28,026 nucleotides of DNA from Pseudomonadota bacterium (GCA_039799345.1 JBDLSS010000163.1:1-28026), one strand, 5' to 3'. Counted from the first letter of the stretch, positions 20,557 through 28,026 are shown. Translations and numbers: made by a program. Notes: a model not told the origin generated them from the letters alone.

Positions 20557-20580
20557 CGGCTAGTTACAAACCCCGACCAG

Positions 20581-23544
20581 CTAGGGGGGAAAAGAAACAA
20601 CACGGAAACCGATGTCGTTGTGCCTGTCGTCGCTCCCACCCGAGTAGCCGCTGCAACGAAAGGCAGAACGACAGTCATCCGCATGGTGGCCCCAAGAACC
20701 ACCGCGCAACGGGCGATTTCCATCACCATTTTCTGAACCATAAGCCGTACCATCTGCACTGGCATCTGCAAAATTACGATGCCACTCGTCTTGACACCAT
20801 TCCCACACATTACCGTGCATATCGTACAAACCAAAAGCATTGGGAGGAAATGAGCCAACGTCTACAGTTTTTCCACGACATAAGCCTTTAGGCATCCCTT
20901 CACAAGGATAATTCCCATTATAATTCACTAACTCTGGCGTAATAATGTATCCAAAGTGATATTCCGTGGTTGTTCCTGCACGACAGGCATATTCCCATTC
21001 CGCTTCACTGGGCAAACGAAACCCATTTCCCAACTTTTGACAAAATTCCTTAGCTTGTTTCCAAGTCATATTTTCCGCAGGTAAATTGTCGCCTTTAAAA
21101 TATGAAGGATTTTCACCCATCACCGCTTTATATTGCGCTTGAGTCACCGCATATTTCCCCATATAAAATGGCTGCAAATGAAAAGTTTTACCGTATATTT
21201 CCAGCTCACCTTCAGGAATATAAACCATTTCCAAAGGCACACCATTGGGTAATTTATGGGTGATTTGGCGGGCTTTACATTGACGTTTTTTCTGTTTCAA
21301 AATGGCTTCGGAAACGACTTTTTCAACCTTTTTCGTAGTTAAACCAAACCAAGCAGGTTCTTCCACAATAATTGTTTTTCGTGGTTCAACTTCTACCGTC
21401 ACAGTTTCAAAACTAAACTCAGTCTCTTGAAAATTAGTGACTTTAGCGGGTTGACTCGGACTCACTTTAGGCAGCTGTGCTGCTGCCGCTGCCAACGCAG
21501 CCGCTTGCCGCTGTTTCTCTGCCAACTCAGCCAACAAACGCGCTTTTTGCTCCTCACTTTGAATAGCTTGCGTTTGCGCCATTAAAGCTTCAATTTCAGC
21601 CGCTAAAGTCTGCGCTTGTTTCAAAGCATCCTGTTTTTCCTGAGATAAAGCTGCATTTTTCGCTTCCAAGTCTGCCAGTTTTTGCTGCAAATCCGCCTGT
21701 GCTTTTTTCTCCGCTTTTGCCTTCGCTTTAGCCGCTTTTTTAACCTCCTCCGCTGCCAACTCCTCCGCAAGCCGCTGCTTATCCAAACCCAGCGCGTTCT
21801 CAAAAAACACAATCAAATCCGCAACCGCAGGACGTTTTTCAATCTGAACCTCAACACAATCACACAGAATATGACGCACTGCTTCAGGCAAATCACGCTC
21901 CAGACAATACTCAGGTCGCTTTCCACTGTACAACTGCATCAAAGTTTTTCCATAACTAAACACATCGGTTTTAGCCGTGGGTTTACCCAGTCTTGAATCT
22001 TTCATTTCAGGCGCGGCATAATCCCAAGTGCCCGCCATTTTTAAACTCAAAGTGGAAGATTTAGAATGCGACAAAGCTTTCTGTTTCAAACTTCTGCCCA
22101 CATGCGACAGCCCAAAATCAATAATTCTGACCGTCACCCCTTCCGCAGTTTCCAGCAATAACAAATTAGACGGCTTCAAATCCAAATGCAGCACCCCACA
22201 TTCATGCGCCGCCTGCAAACCCCGCGCAAGACTCAAAGCCACCTGAAACCCCGTTTCCCCTTGCAACACCCCGCGCTGCGCTAACCACATTTCCCCATCA
22301 ATCGCATTTTCAATATATTCCGTAACTAAAAATGCTTTTTCGCCATAAAATCCTTCTGACAAGGGACGCGGCACATAACGACTGTCCACACGTTCCATCG
22401 CCAAGGCTTCGTTAAAAACTTCATGCGGTTCGCCCTGTGGCATTTGCCAAAAACACTTCAACACCACCAAACGTTTTCGAGAAAGCCATGTCGCCAAAAA
22501 CGCACAACCCATCCCGCCCGCCCCTAACAACTTCTCCAAACGGAATAATTTTGGGTCATGCAGCGCAAGCGAGCGGTCTAATTCAATGGCTTCTTGCAAA
22601 TGCTCAAATGCAATTTGATTAAATTCCGACAAGCTATAACGCAAATACACCTGAAATAAATTGAAATGCACCAAAGCCCGCTCAGAATTTTGTTGCGCGA
22701 GCTGTAATGCCTGTTCCAATAAATGCCGCGCCTCCTCCAATTCTCCCAAAGAAAACGCCGCACTGCCCGCCATCAAACAAGCTTTTGCACGCTCCGCAGG
22801 ATTCAAAGGCGTGCGTTTTAATTTACCCACCGCCTCGCCAATCAATTGCATCGATTGTGAACTGACGTGTTTAAATTCATCCTCCGCTTCAATGCGCGGC
22901 GCAATCCCTTGTGCTTCCAAACGCGAAATTAATGCTGTAACTTTTTGCAATTCGTCATAAATGCCCGCCGTTTGCAAAGCCGTTAAACGCTCATTAATAC
23001 TCGGATTGTTCCGCAAAAAGAACTCAATCGCATTGCCCAGCAAATTCTGATGCAGTAAAAACGCTTCAACTTCAGTTTCTAAAACGGTCAGCGTTTTCAA
23101 TTGTTGCAACAATAAAGCAGTCATGTTGATTTGCCCTTTTGGCGAGACCAACACCGCTAAATCCAGCTCACTGTGAATTTCAGCAGCGAATAATTGCGGC
23201 GCGAAACTCTGCAAATTGCCACACGCTTTTGCCAATTGGGTTTTAAATTGTGCAGTTTCAGGCTGGGCAGCGTGAAAAAACGTGGGCAAATAATACGAAT
23301 GCACTTGCCGTTTAAACTGCTTTTTTATTTTGGAATGGGCAACATCAAGCAGTGAAGGTGAGCAAACATTTTGGATAACGCTTAAAGCATCTTTAAACGC
23401 CAATTGATAAGCTTCTGACATTTGATAAGCGGATAAAGTCCAGTGTTTACGTAACACCGCGATAATTTTATCTTTATTACCCGTTGCCAACTCACCGAGT
23501 TCTAATAAAGACTGTAAACCTGATTCAAGTAGCGAAGAAAGCAT
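20581..23544 (-). CDS. Ser/Thr protein kinase with N-terminal helical domain and TPRs, coiled coil, and C-terminal FGE-sulfatase-type (C-type lectin fold) domain
   Basis: Hanks motifs LGAGGMG, VVLK, HLDLKPSN, IIDFG, GTWDYAAPE, DVFSYG (aa 334-585); TPR-like helices ~250-325; A/E/K/Q coiled coil 590-690; FGE motifs VTQAQY, RLPSEAEWEYACRAG, PNAFGLYDMHGNVWEWC, RGGSW...GFRVV. No signal peptide or TM seen. Confidence 0.92.
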   Translation of the reverse strand: MLSSLLESGLQSLLELGELATGNKDKIIAVLRKHWTLSAYQMSEAYQLAFKDALSVIQNVCSPSLLDVAHSKIKKQFKRQVHSYYLPTFFHAAQPETAQFKTQLAKACGNLQSFAPQLFAAEIHSELDLAVLVSPKGQINMTALLLQQLKTLTVLETEVEAFLLHQNLLGNAIEFFLRNNPSINERLTALQTAGIYDELQKVTALISRLEAQGIAPRIEAEDEFKHVSSQSMQLIGEAVGKLKRTPLNPAERAKACLMAGSAAFSLGELEEARHLLEQALQLAQQNSERALVHFNLFQVYLRYSLSEFNQIAFEHLQEAIELDRSLALHDPKLFRLEKLLGAGGMGCAFLATWLSRKRLVVLKCFWQMPQGEPHEVFNEALAMERVDSRYVPRPLSEGFYGEKAFLVTEYIENAIDGEMWLAQRGVLQGETGFQVALSLARGLQAAHECGVLHLDLKPSNLLLLETAEGVTVRIIDFGLSHVGRSLKQKALSHSKSSTLSLKMAGTWDYAAPEMKDSRLGKPTAKTDVFSYGKTLMQLYSGKRPEYCLERDLPEAVRHILCDCVEVQIEKRPAVADLIVFFENALGLDKQRLAEELAAEEVKKAAKAKAKAEKKAQADLQQKLADLEAKNAALSQEKQDALKQAQTLAAEIEALMAQTQAIQSEEQKARLLAELAEKQRQAAALAAAAAQLPKVSPSQPAKVTNFQETEFSFETVTVEVEPRKTIIVEEPAWFGLTTKKVEKVVSEAILKQKKRQCKARQITHKLPNGVPLEMVYIPEGELEIYGKTFHLQPFYMGKYAVTQAQYKAVMGENPSYFKGDNLPAENMTWKQAKEFCQKLGNGFRLPSEAEWEYACRAGTTTEYHFGYIITPELVNYNGNYPCEGMPKGLCRGKTVDVGSFPPNAFGLYDMHGNVWEWCQDEWHRNFADASADGTAYGSENGDGNRPLRGGSWGHHADDCRSAFRCSGYSGGSDDRHNDIGFRVVSFPP
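20590..20715 (-). other. Putative DGR variable repeat (VR) at the 3' end of the kinase-FGE gene
   Basis: Invariant frame RGGSW..C RSA.R..R..GFRVV with variable positions encoded by GGC CAC CAT / GAT GAC / TTT / TGC AGC GGC TAC / AGC GAC GAC / CAC AAC GAC ATC, all reachable from AAC/AAT by adenine substitution. No template repeat or RT in the window. Confidence 0.6.
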
Positions 23545-23577
23545 GATTTGAGACCGTGGGGAAAATAATCGTTAAAA

Positions 23578-23730
23578 TGTCTGAACCACAATTTACTGAA
23601 TTACCCTAATTTACACAATTGAAAATAGATTGCTTGGGTTAAATTTTTCTCGTTTTGGGAATGAGGAATAATTCCTAAAAATTCTTTAATTGTGTCAATT
23701 GGGGTAATTCAGTAAATTGTGGTTCAGACA
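23578..23730. repeat. Palindromic 9-bp-unit element, copy A3 (MITE-like)
   Basis: Perfect 29-bp terminal inverted repeats TGTCTGAACCACAATTTACTGAATTACCC (23578-23606 / 23702-23730), between divergent genes. Confidence 0.92.
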
Positions 23731-23831
23731 ATTAAATTCTGACCACACTTTCACCCCAAAAATTTGGTAAGCCTGAAAAAACCTTGTATCCTGCCATCAG
23801 CCGCTTATTAATTTGTGACCGACAACAAACC

Positions 23832-24989
23832 ATGCCTAATTTCACCAATCTTCCCGCACTCAGCTTATACATACACATTCCGTGGTGTGTTCGTAAATGT
23901 CCTTATTGTGATTTTAATTCCCACGAAATCCGTGAACAGCCTTCAGAAACGCAATATTTAAACGCCCTCTTTGCCGATTTAGAACAAGATTTACCCAAAG
24001 TGTGGGGGCGCAGTGTGCAAAGTATTTTTATTGGCGGCGGCACGCCCAGCGTATTTTCACCAGATTTTTATCAGCAATTGCTGGCGGGAATTCGCAGCCG
24101 CATCAAACTGTTGCCGCAAGCAGAAATCACCTTAGAAGCCAATCCCGGCACAGTCGACAGCGCACGTTTTCAAGGCTATCGTGAAGCAGGCATCAATCGA
24201 CTTTCTTTGGGCGTGCAAAGTTTTCAAGATGAAATGCTGCATAATTTAGGACGCATTCATGACGCACAACAGGCGAAAAATGCCCTCACCGCAATTCGTG
24301 AAGCAGGCTTTGACAATTTTAATCTGGATTTAATGTTTGGCTTGCCGCAGCAAACCATCGCAATGGCTTTGGACGATTTAAACACCGCACTGCAATTTGC
24401 ACCACCGCATTTATCTTGGTATCAACTGACTTTAGAACCGAATACTGCATTTTTTCGCCAACCACCAAACTTACCCGATGATGATTATATTTGGGAAATT
24501 CAAGAAGCAGGACAAGCTTTATTAGCAGCACATGGCTATCAACATTATGAAATTTCTGCGTATTCTAAAACGGGAAAACGCTGTCGGCATAATCTCAATT
24601 ATTGGGAATTTGGAGATTATTTAGGGATTGGCGCGGGCGCACATGGCAAAATCAGCGATGCGGCACAAGCTTCAATTACCCGTTACAGCAAACAACGCCA
24701 TCCGAAATTATATTTAGAAACCGCGCACAGCGGCGAAGTGATTAGCAGTTTACAAGTACTAGAAACTGAAGATATTTGTTTAGAATTTATGCTAAATGCG
24801 CTGCGGTTGCGCGAAGGGTTTTCAGAACAAGATTTCACACAACAAACGGGGCTGGACTTTGAGTTAGTTCGAGCACCATTAAATCATGCATATAAACAAG
24901 GCTGGATAGAATACAGTCATCAACGTATTGCCCCGACCGAACAAGGTTTACGTTTTTTAAATGAATTATTAGAATTGTTCGTGCCATAG
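23832..24989 (+). CDS. hemW: Radical SAM heme chaperone HemW (HemN-like)
   Basis: SLYIHIPWCVRKCPYCDFNS, FIGGGTPS, EANPGT, NRLSLGVQSF, YEISAY, HNLNYWEFGDYLGIGAGAHG. Start moved to ATG 23832. Confidence 0.95.
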   Translation: MPNFTNLPALSLYIHIPWCVRKCPYCDFNSHEIREQPSETQYLNALFADLEQDLPKVWGRSVQSIFIGGGTPSVFSPDFYQQLLAGIRSRIKLLPQAEITLEANPGTVDSARFQGYREAGINRLSLGVQSFQDEMLHNLGRIHDAQQAKNALTAIREAGFDNFNLDLMFGLPQQTIAMALDDLNTALQFAPPHLSWYQLTLEPNTAFFRQPPNLPDDDYIWEIQEAGQALLAAHGYQHYEISAYSKTGKRCRHNLNYWEFGDYLGIGAGAHGKISDAAQASITRYSKQRHPKLYLETAHSGEVISSLQVLETEDICLEFMLNALRLREGFSEQDFTQQTGLDFELVRAPLNHAYKQGWIEYSHQRIAPTEQGLRFLNELLELFVP

Positions 24990-24990
24990 T

Positions 24991-25211
24991 TGTCCGAATC
25001 AAGATTTACAGGCTTAAAAGATTTCTAGAATTATAGGAATTACGCAGTTTAATCTGCAACTATTTGATTTTAATTTAAATATTATTTTGCGGCGAACAGT
25101 GCTAGCTTATTGAAAAAAAGGAGTTACTGTTTCAACTGCGTAAATTCTAAATTAAAAAACTTGTCATTAATTCTGCTTAATTCGGATAATCCTGTAAATC
25201 ATGATTCAGGA
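24991..25211. repeat. Degenerate TGTCTGAATC-type palindromic element containing a nested second element
   Basis: Left arm TGTCCGAATCAAGATTTACAGGCTT..., right arm ...AATTCGGATAATCCTGTAAATCATGATTCAGGA; both resemble 3867-3910. Confidence 0.75.
25034..25149. repeat. MITE-like element with TAGGA(A/G)TTACGCAGTT ends, copy C1
   Basis: TAGGAATTACGCAGTT...AACTGCGTAAATTCTA; 116 bp; shares internal AATCTG(C/T)AACTATTTGATTTTAAT with 26991-27107. Confidence 0.78.
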
Positions 25212-25403
25212 AAGGTTTTTTACAGACATAACTTTAAACCAACTTTACTGATAGTTTATGATCAAAAAATATGAAATAGGCAAGATTTATGCAGGGAAAT
25301 GTTTTGAATAGACGACTGCATTCCGCATCGCTTAAAACTTGCTTGTTGACAACCAAAAGCAAGCCACGCTTAATCGTTAATAACCCACTCCATCGGAGCT
25401 GAG

Positions 25404-26948
25404 ATGAACTATAAAATTACGGTGATTGGGTCTGTTGCAAATACGCCGATTTATACCGAAGCATACATTTTGGATTTGCTAAATACGCAAGAAACCGCGC
25501 TACTGTATGGCGAAACGTTCACGGGTAGACCGGGCACAAAAATTTATATTAATCCTGAAAGTGTCTTGAAAATTCGCAGCGAAATCCGTTTAGATAATCG
25601 TTCGGCAAAACGCTGGGCAATTCAAGCCTTAGATAAGGAAAAAGCATATTTAGTACACCATCCTCAAAAGACATGGTTTATTGCAGAAATTGATAATGAT
25701 ACACCGAGTATTATTGGAAATATTTGCCCAAGAATTAAGCCATTACATGAGTTATTTAATGAAAGTAGTCTCAGTCTTGAGCAACGCTTGACTTATCTTA
25801 GCAAAATCTTTGAACATTATTTTCGCGTCGCGAAACAATTAGACATTCGTCTGGATGAAGGTTTGTCAAATTTTGGGGTGGATGTGCAGGGCGAACTTTA
25901 TTACTTAGACGATGATATTTACAGTTGGGATCGATTTATTTCCTGTGCTCAAATGCTCGGGGTTTATATTCGTTCGTTGGCATGGCTCACGCCTGAGATT
26001 GTGACGCAATTTTCGCAAAATATACGGCGCATCATCTTAGAATATTTTCATGATCCTGAAGTATTGCGGGTATTAGCAGAGCAATTAAAAGATTTGTTCA
26101 TGCCAAATGAACGCTTGCGCCAATTCGTACATCAATTTGTCGATGGACTCTACCGTCAAACTGCCCCCAAACATTTAAACAAACTGCATCACAGCCGTTA
26201 TATCGCTTTGATTGGGGATATTCATGCAAACCTGCCTGCGTTGGATGCGGTGCTTGCGTATTTAAACCATCAAGGAATTAAACGCGGAGTATTATTGGGG
26301 GACATCGTCGGTTATGGACCTTATCCCAGCGAATGTATTGCTCGAATTCAAAACTCGCAATTTTTGGTGGTGAAAGGAAATCATGATCAAGGTTTAGCCA
26401 CAGATAACTTCAAAAAAGGCTTTTCTAAAACAGCGGCATGGGTTTTGGAGTGGTGTGAATCGCGAGTGAGTGCGGTCGAAAAAAAGTGGTTAGAAGATTT
26501 ACCCTCTGTGCTGCATGAAGAATCTTGGATGGCATTGCACGGCGCACCAATAGACCCCACTTTTTTCAATGCTTATGTTTATGAAATGACTTATCACGAC
26601 AATTTAGATGTTTTAGAACGCAAAAATATTCCTGTCTGTTTTCATGGGCATACTCATCAACCACAAATTTACGCGCGGCGTGGCAGTCGTTTATTAGACG
26701 CATCTTATGACGGTGATGTGATTGATTTGAAAAAATTTAACTATTCATTAGTTTGTCCTGGTTCTGTTGGGCAACCACGCAATGGAAAAATTGGAGCACA
26801 GTTTGCCATTTATGATCAGCAAGAGCGTATCGTACATTATCACACCGTCCCTTATGATTTAACTAATATTATTGCGTATATGGAACAAGAGCAGTTTCCT
26901 GTCAGCTTGCTTAAAATGCTCAAGGGACAATCACCAAATTCGCCATAA
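25404..26948 (+). CDS. Calcineurin-like metallophosphoesterase (YfcE/MJ0936 type) fused to an N-terminal protein-kinase-like domain
   Basis: C-terminal half: GDIHAN, GDIVGYG, GNHD, HG, GHTH, PGSVGQPR (strong). N-terminal half: GRPG-TKIY, VLK56, E79, D151-x4-N156, D169 (kinase-like spacing, inferred). Confidence 0.8.
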   Translation: MNYKITVIGSVANTPIYTEAYILDLLNTQETALLYGETFTGRPGTKIYINPESVLKIRSEIRLDNRSAKRWAIQALDKEKAYLVHHPQKTWFIAEIDNDTPSIIGNICPRIKPLHELFNESSLSLEQRLTYLSKIFEHYFRVAKQLDIRLDEGLSNFGVDVQGELYYLDDDIYSWDRFISCAQMLGVYIRSLAWLTPEIVTQFSQNIRRIILEYFHDPEVLRVLAEQLKDLFMPNERLRQFVHQFVDGLYRQTAPKHLNKLHHSRYIALIGDIHANLPALDAVLAYLNHQGIKRGVLLGDIVGYGPYPSECIARIQNSQFLVVKGNHDQGLATDNFKKGFSKTAAWVLEWCESRVSAVEKKWLEDLPSVLHEESWMALHGAPIDPTFFNAYVYEMTYHDNLDVLERKNIPVCFHGHTHQPQIYARRGSRLLDASYDGDVIDLKKFNYSLVCPGSVGQPRNGKIGAQFAIYDQQERIVHYHTVPYDLTNIIAYMEQEQFPVSLLKMLKGQSPNSP

Positions 26949-26990
26949 AATATAACGACACTCTAACTGATACTTTTTTCTTAACATTAT

Positions 26991-27107
26991 TAGGCGTTAC
27001 GCAATGAAATCTGTAACTATTTGATTTTAATAGAAACATAATTGTGTGATGCACAATACTAACTGACTGTAAATAAAGGGAATAGCGTTTCAACTGCGTA
27101 ACTCCTA
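26991..27107. repeat. MITE-like element, copy C2
   Basis: TAGGCGTTACGCAATGAAA...GTTTCAACTGCGTAACTCCTA; 117 bp; same orientation as C1. Confidence 0.78.
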
Positions 27108-27279
27108 GAGTTTAAGGAACGTTATTTCGATTTTAGTGAGTTGTGTACTTTATTAGTCGATAACTTCAACATTATTTTCCCTCCTATCCCAAAATTTTAA
27201 ATCAATCGGGCATATCTTATAGCTGATAAAAACCATAGGTTTATAATAGAATTTTAAGTTATGTATTGATATTGTAGTT

Positions 27280-27298
27280 AATAATGATTACTATTTAG
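27280..27298 (-). promoter_or_regulatory. Possible Fur-family box upstream of the peroxidase gene
   Basis: CTAAATAGTAATCATTATT matches 13/19 positions of GATAATGATAATCATTATC; AT-rich context makes a chance match possible. Confidence 0.3.
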
Positions 27299-27323
27299 TT
27301 TTAAAATTAAGAGTATCATTATC

Positions 27324-28026
27324 ATGTTAAAACTCCGTATGCTTTTCATTTTTTTTATATTACTGAATTTGAGTGCTTGCTTAAGTTCTAGCGGCGGGGA
27401 TACCACCAACAACAATACCTTAACAAGCAGTGCAATAGCGGATTCCAGCGTAGTCACAGATGCTGAAAAAAAGAATTTACAATTATCTTTAGGTAGACAA
27501 TTATTTTTTGATAAAAACCTGTCTTCACCTGCTGGGCAGGCGTGCGCTTCTTGCCACGATCCGAAAACGGGTTTTGCTGACCCCAATCCAAATAGCCCAA
27601 CTTCTCAAGGCGTACATAAAGAGCGTTTCGGTAACCGTAATACACCTACGATGGCATACGCTTCATTTACCCCAACTTTTACTTTCGATGAAAAAGAACA
27701 AGCCTATATCGGTGGTTTATTTTTAGACGGACGCGCGGCTACTTTGGTCGAGCAAGCCAAAGGACCTTTTTTGAATAGTGTTGAAATGGCAAACCCAAAT
27801 AAAGAAACTGTGGTAACTAAAGTATCACAAGCGGAATACGCGCCCTTATTTAAAAAAATTTATGGGGAACAGGCATTTTTAGACAATGAAAAAGCCTATG
27901 ACCAAATTGCTGAAGCAATTACTGTATTTGAGCAAAGCAGCGAAGTGAATGCCTTCAGTTCTAAATATGATTATTTTTTAGCAGGCAAGGTGGCATTGAC
28001 TGAGCAAGAATTGTTGGGAATGCAAT
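27324..28026 (+). CDS. Di-heme cytochrome c peroxidase / MauG-family lipoprotein (5' part; runs off the window)
   Basis: Not in the ORF track; translated by hand: lipobox LSAC, LGRQLFFDKNLS, CASCH heme motif, FGNRNTPT, GLFLDGRA, GPFLNSVEM, FSSKYDYFLAG; open to the window end. Confidence 0.92.
   Translation, partial: MLKLRMLFIFFILLNLSACLSSSGGDTTNNNTLTSSAIADSSVVTDAEKKNLQLSLGRQLFFDKNLSSPAGQACASCHDPKTGFADPNPNSPTSQGVHKERFGNRNTPTMAYASFTPTFTFDEKEQAYIGGLFLDGRAATLVEQAKGPFLNSVEMANPNKETVVTKVSQAEYAPLFKKIYGEQAFLDNEKAYDQIAEAITVFEQSSEVNAFSSKYDYFLAGKVALTEQELLGMQ

Noticed and set aside
20499-20858. 119-aa alternative-frame ORF overlapping the kinase-FGE 3' end
   Set aside because: Shadow frame of the FGE coding sequence running into REP DNA; no recognisable motifs.
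25346-25374. Promoter TTGACA-17-CTTAAT upstream of the kinase/phosphoesterase gene
   Set aside because: Perfect -35, but the -10 lacks the critical TA; not enough support to call.
26964-27066. TAACTGA heptamers (a tandem repeat type reported in Beggiatoaceae)
   Set aside because: Only two isolated copies, not tandem.
27400-27420. ACCACCAACAACAATACC as a DGR template repeat
   Set aside because: It is the TTNNNT linker of the peroxidase and lacks the GGTTCTTGG/CGTTCTGCC/GGTTTCCG frame.

Overview
Chromosomal window of a gammaproteobacterium. The gene style, eukaryote-like multidomain proteins and dense short palindromic elements suggest a Beggiatoaceae/Thiotrichales-like filamentous sulfur bacterium (inference only). 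Left to right: a large MscK-like mechanosensitive channel; a decayed IS1; an Excalibur-domain protein; ilvI-ilvH-ilvC (minus strand); two remnants of a second type I secretion ATPase; a secreted beta-helix protein behind an intact LapB/LssB-type T1SS ATPase; tRNA-Ser(CGA); an O-antigen ligase/polymerase-like gene and a Wzx-like flippase; a WD40-Roc-COR-Zn ribbon-TIR/SEFIR protein; tRNA-Phe(GAA); a tandem repeat mosaic; a TPR-Ser/Thr kinase-coiled coil-FGE/C-type-lectin protein whose 3' end looks like a diversity-generating retroelement (DGR) variable repeat; hemW; an apparent atypical kinase-metallophosphoesterase fusion bracketed by two related MITE-like elements; and the 5' part of a di-heme cytochrome c peroxidase/MauG-family lipoprotein. 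The best leads are the putative DGR-diversified cytoplasmic kinase, the WD40-ROCO-TIR protein next to it, the kinase/phosphoesterase fusion, and a palindromic element family built from 9-bp units. No CRISPR array, rRNA, integrase or reverse transcriptase was seen. All domain calls come from motifs read by eye; no database search was run.
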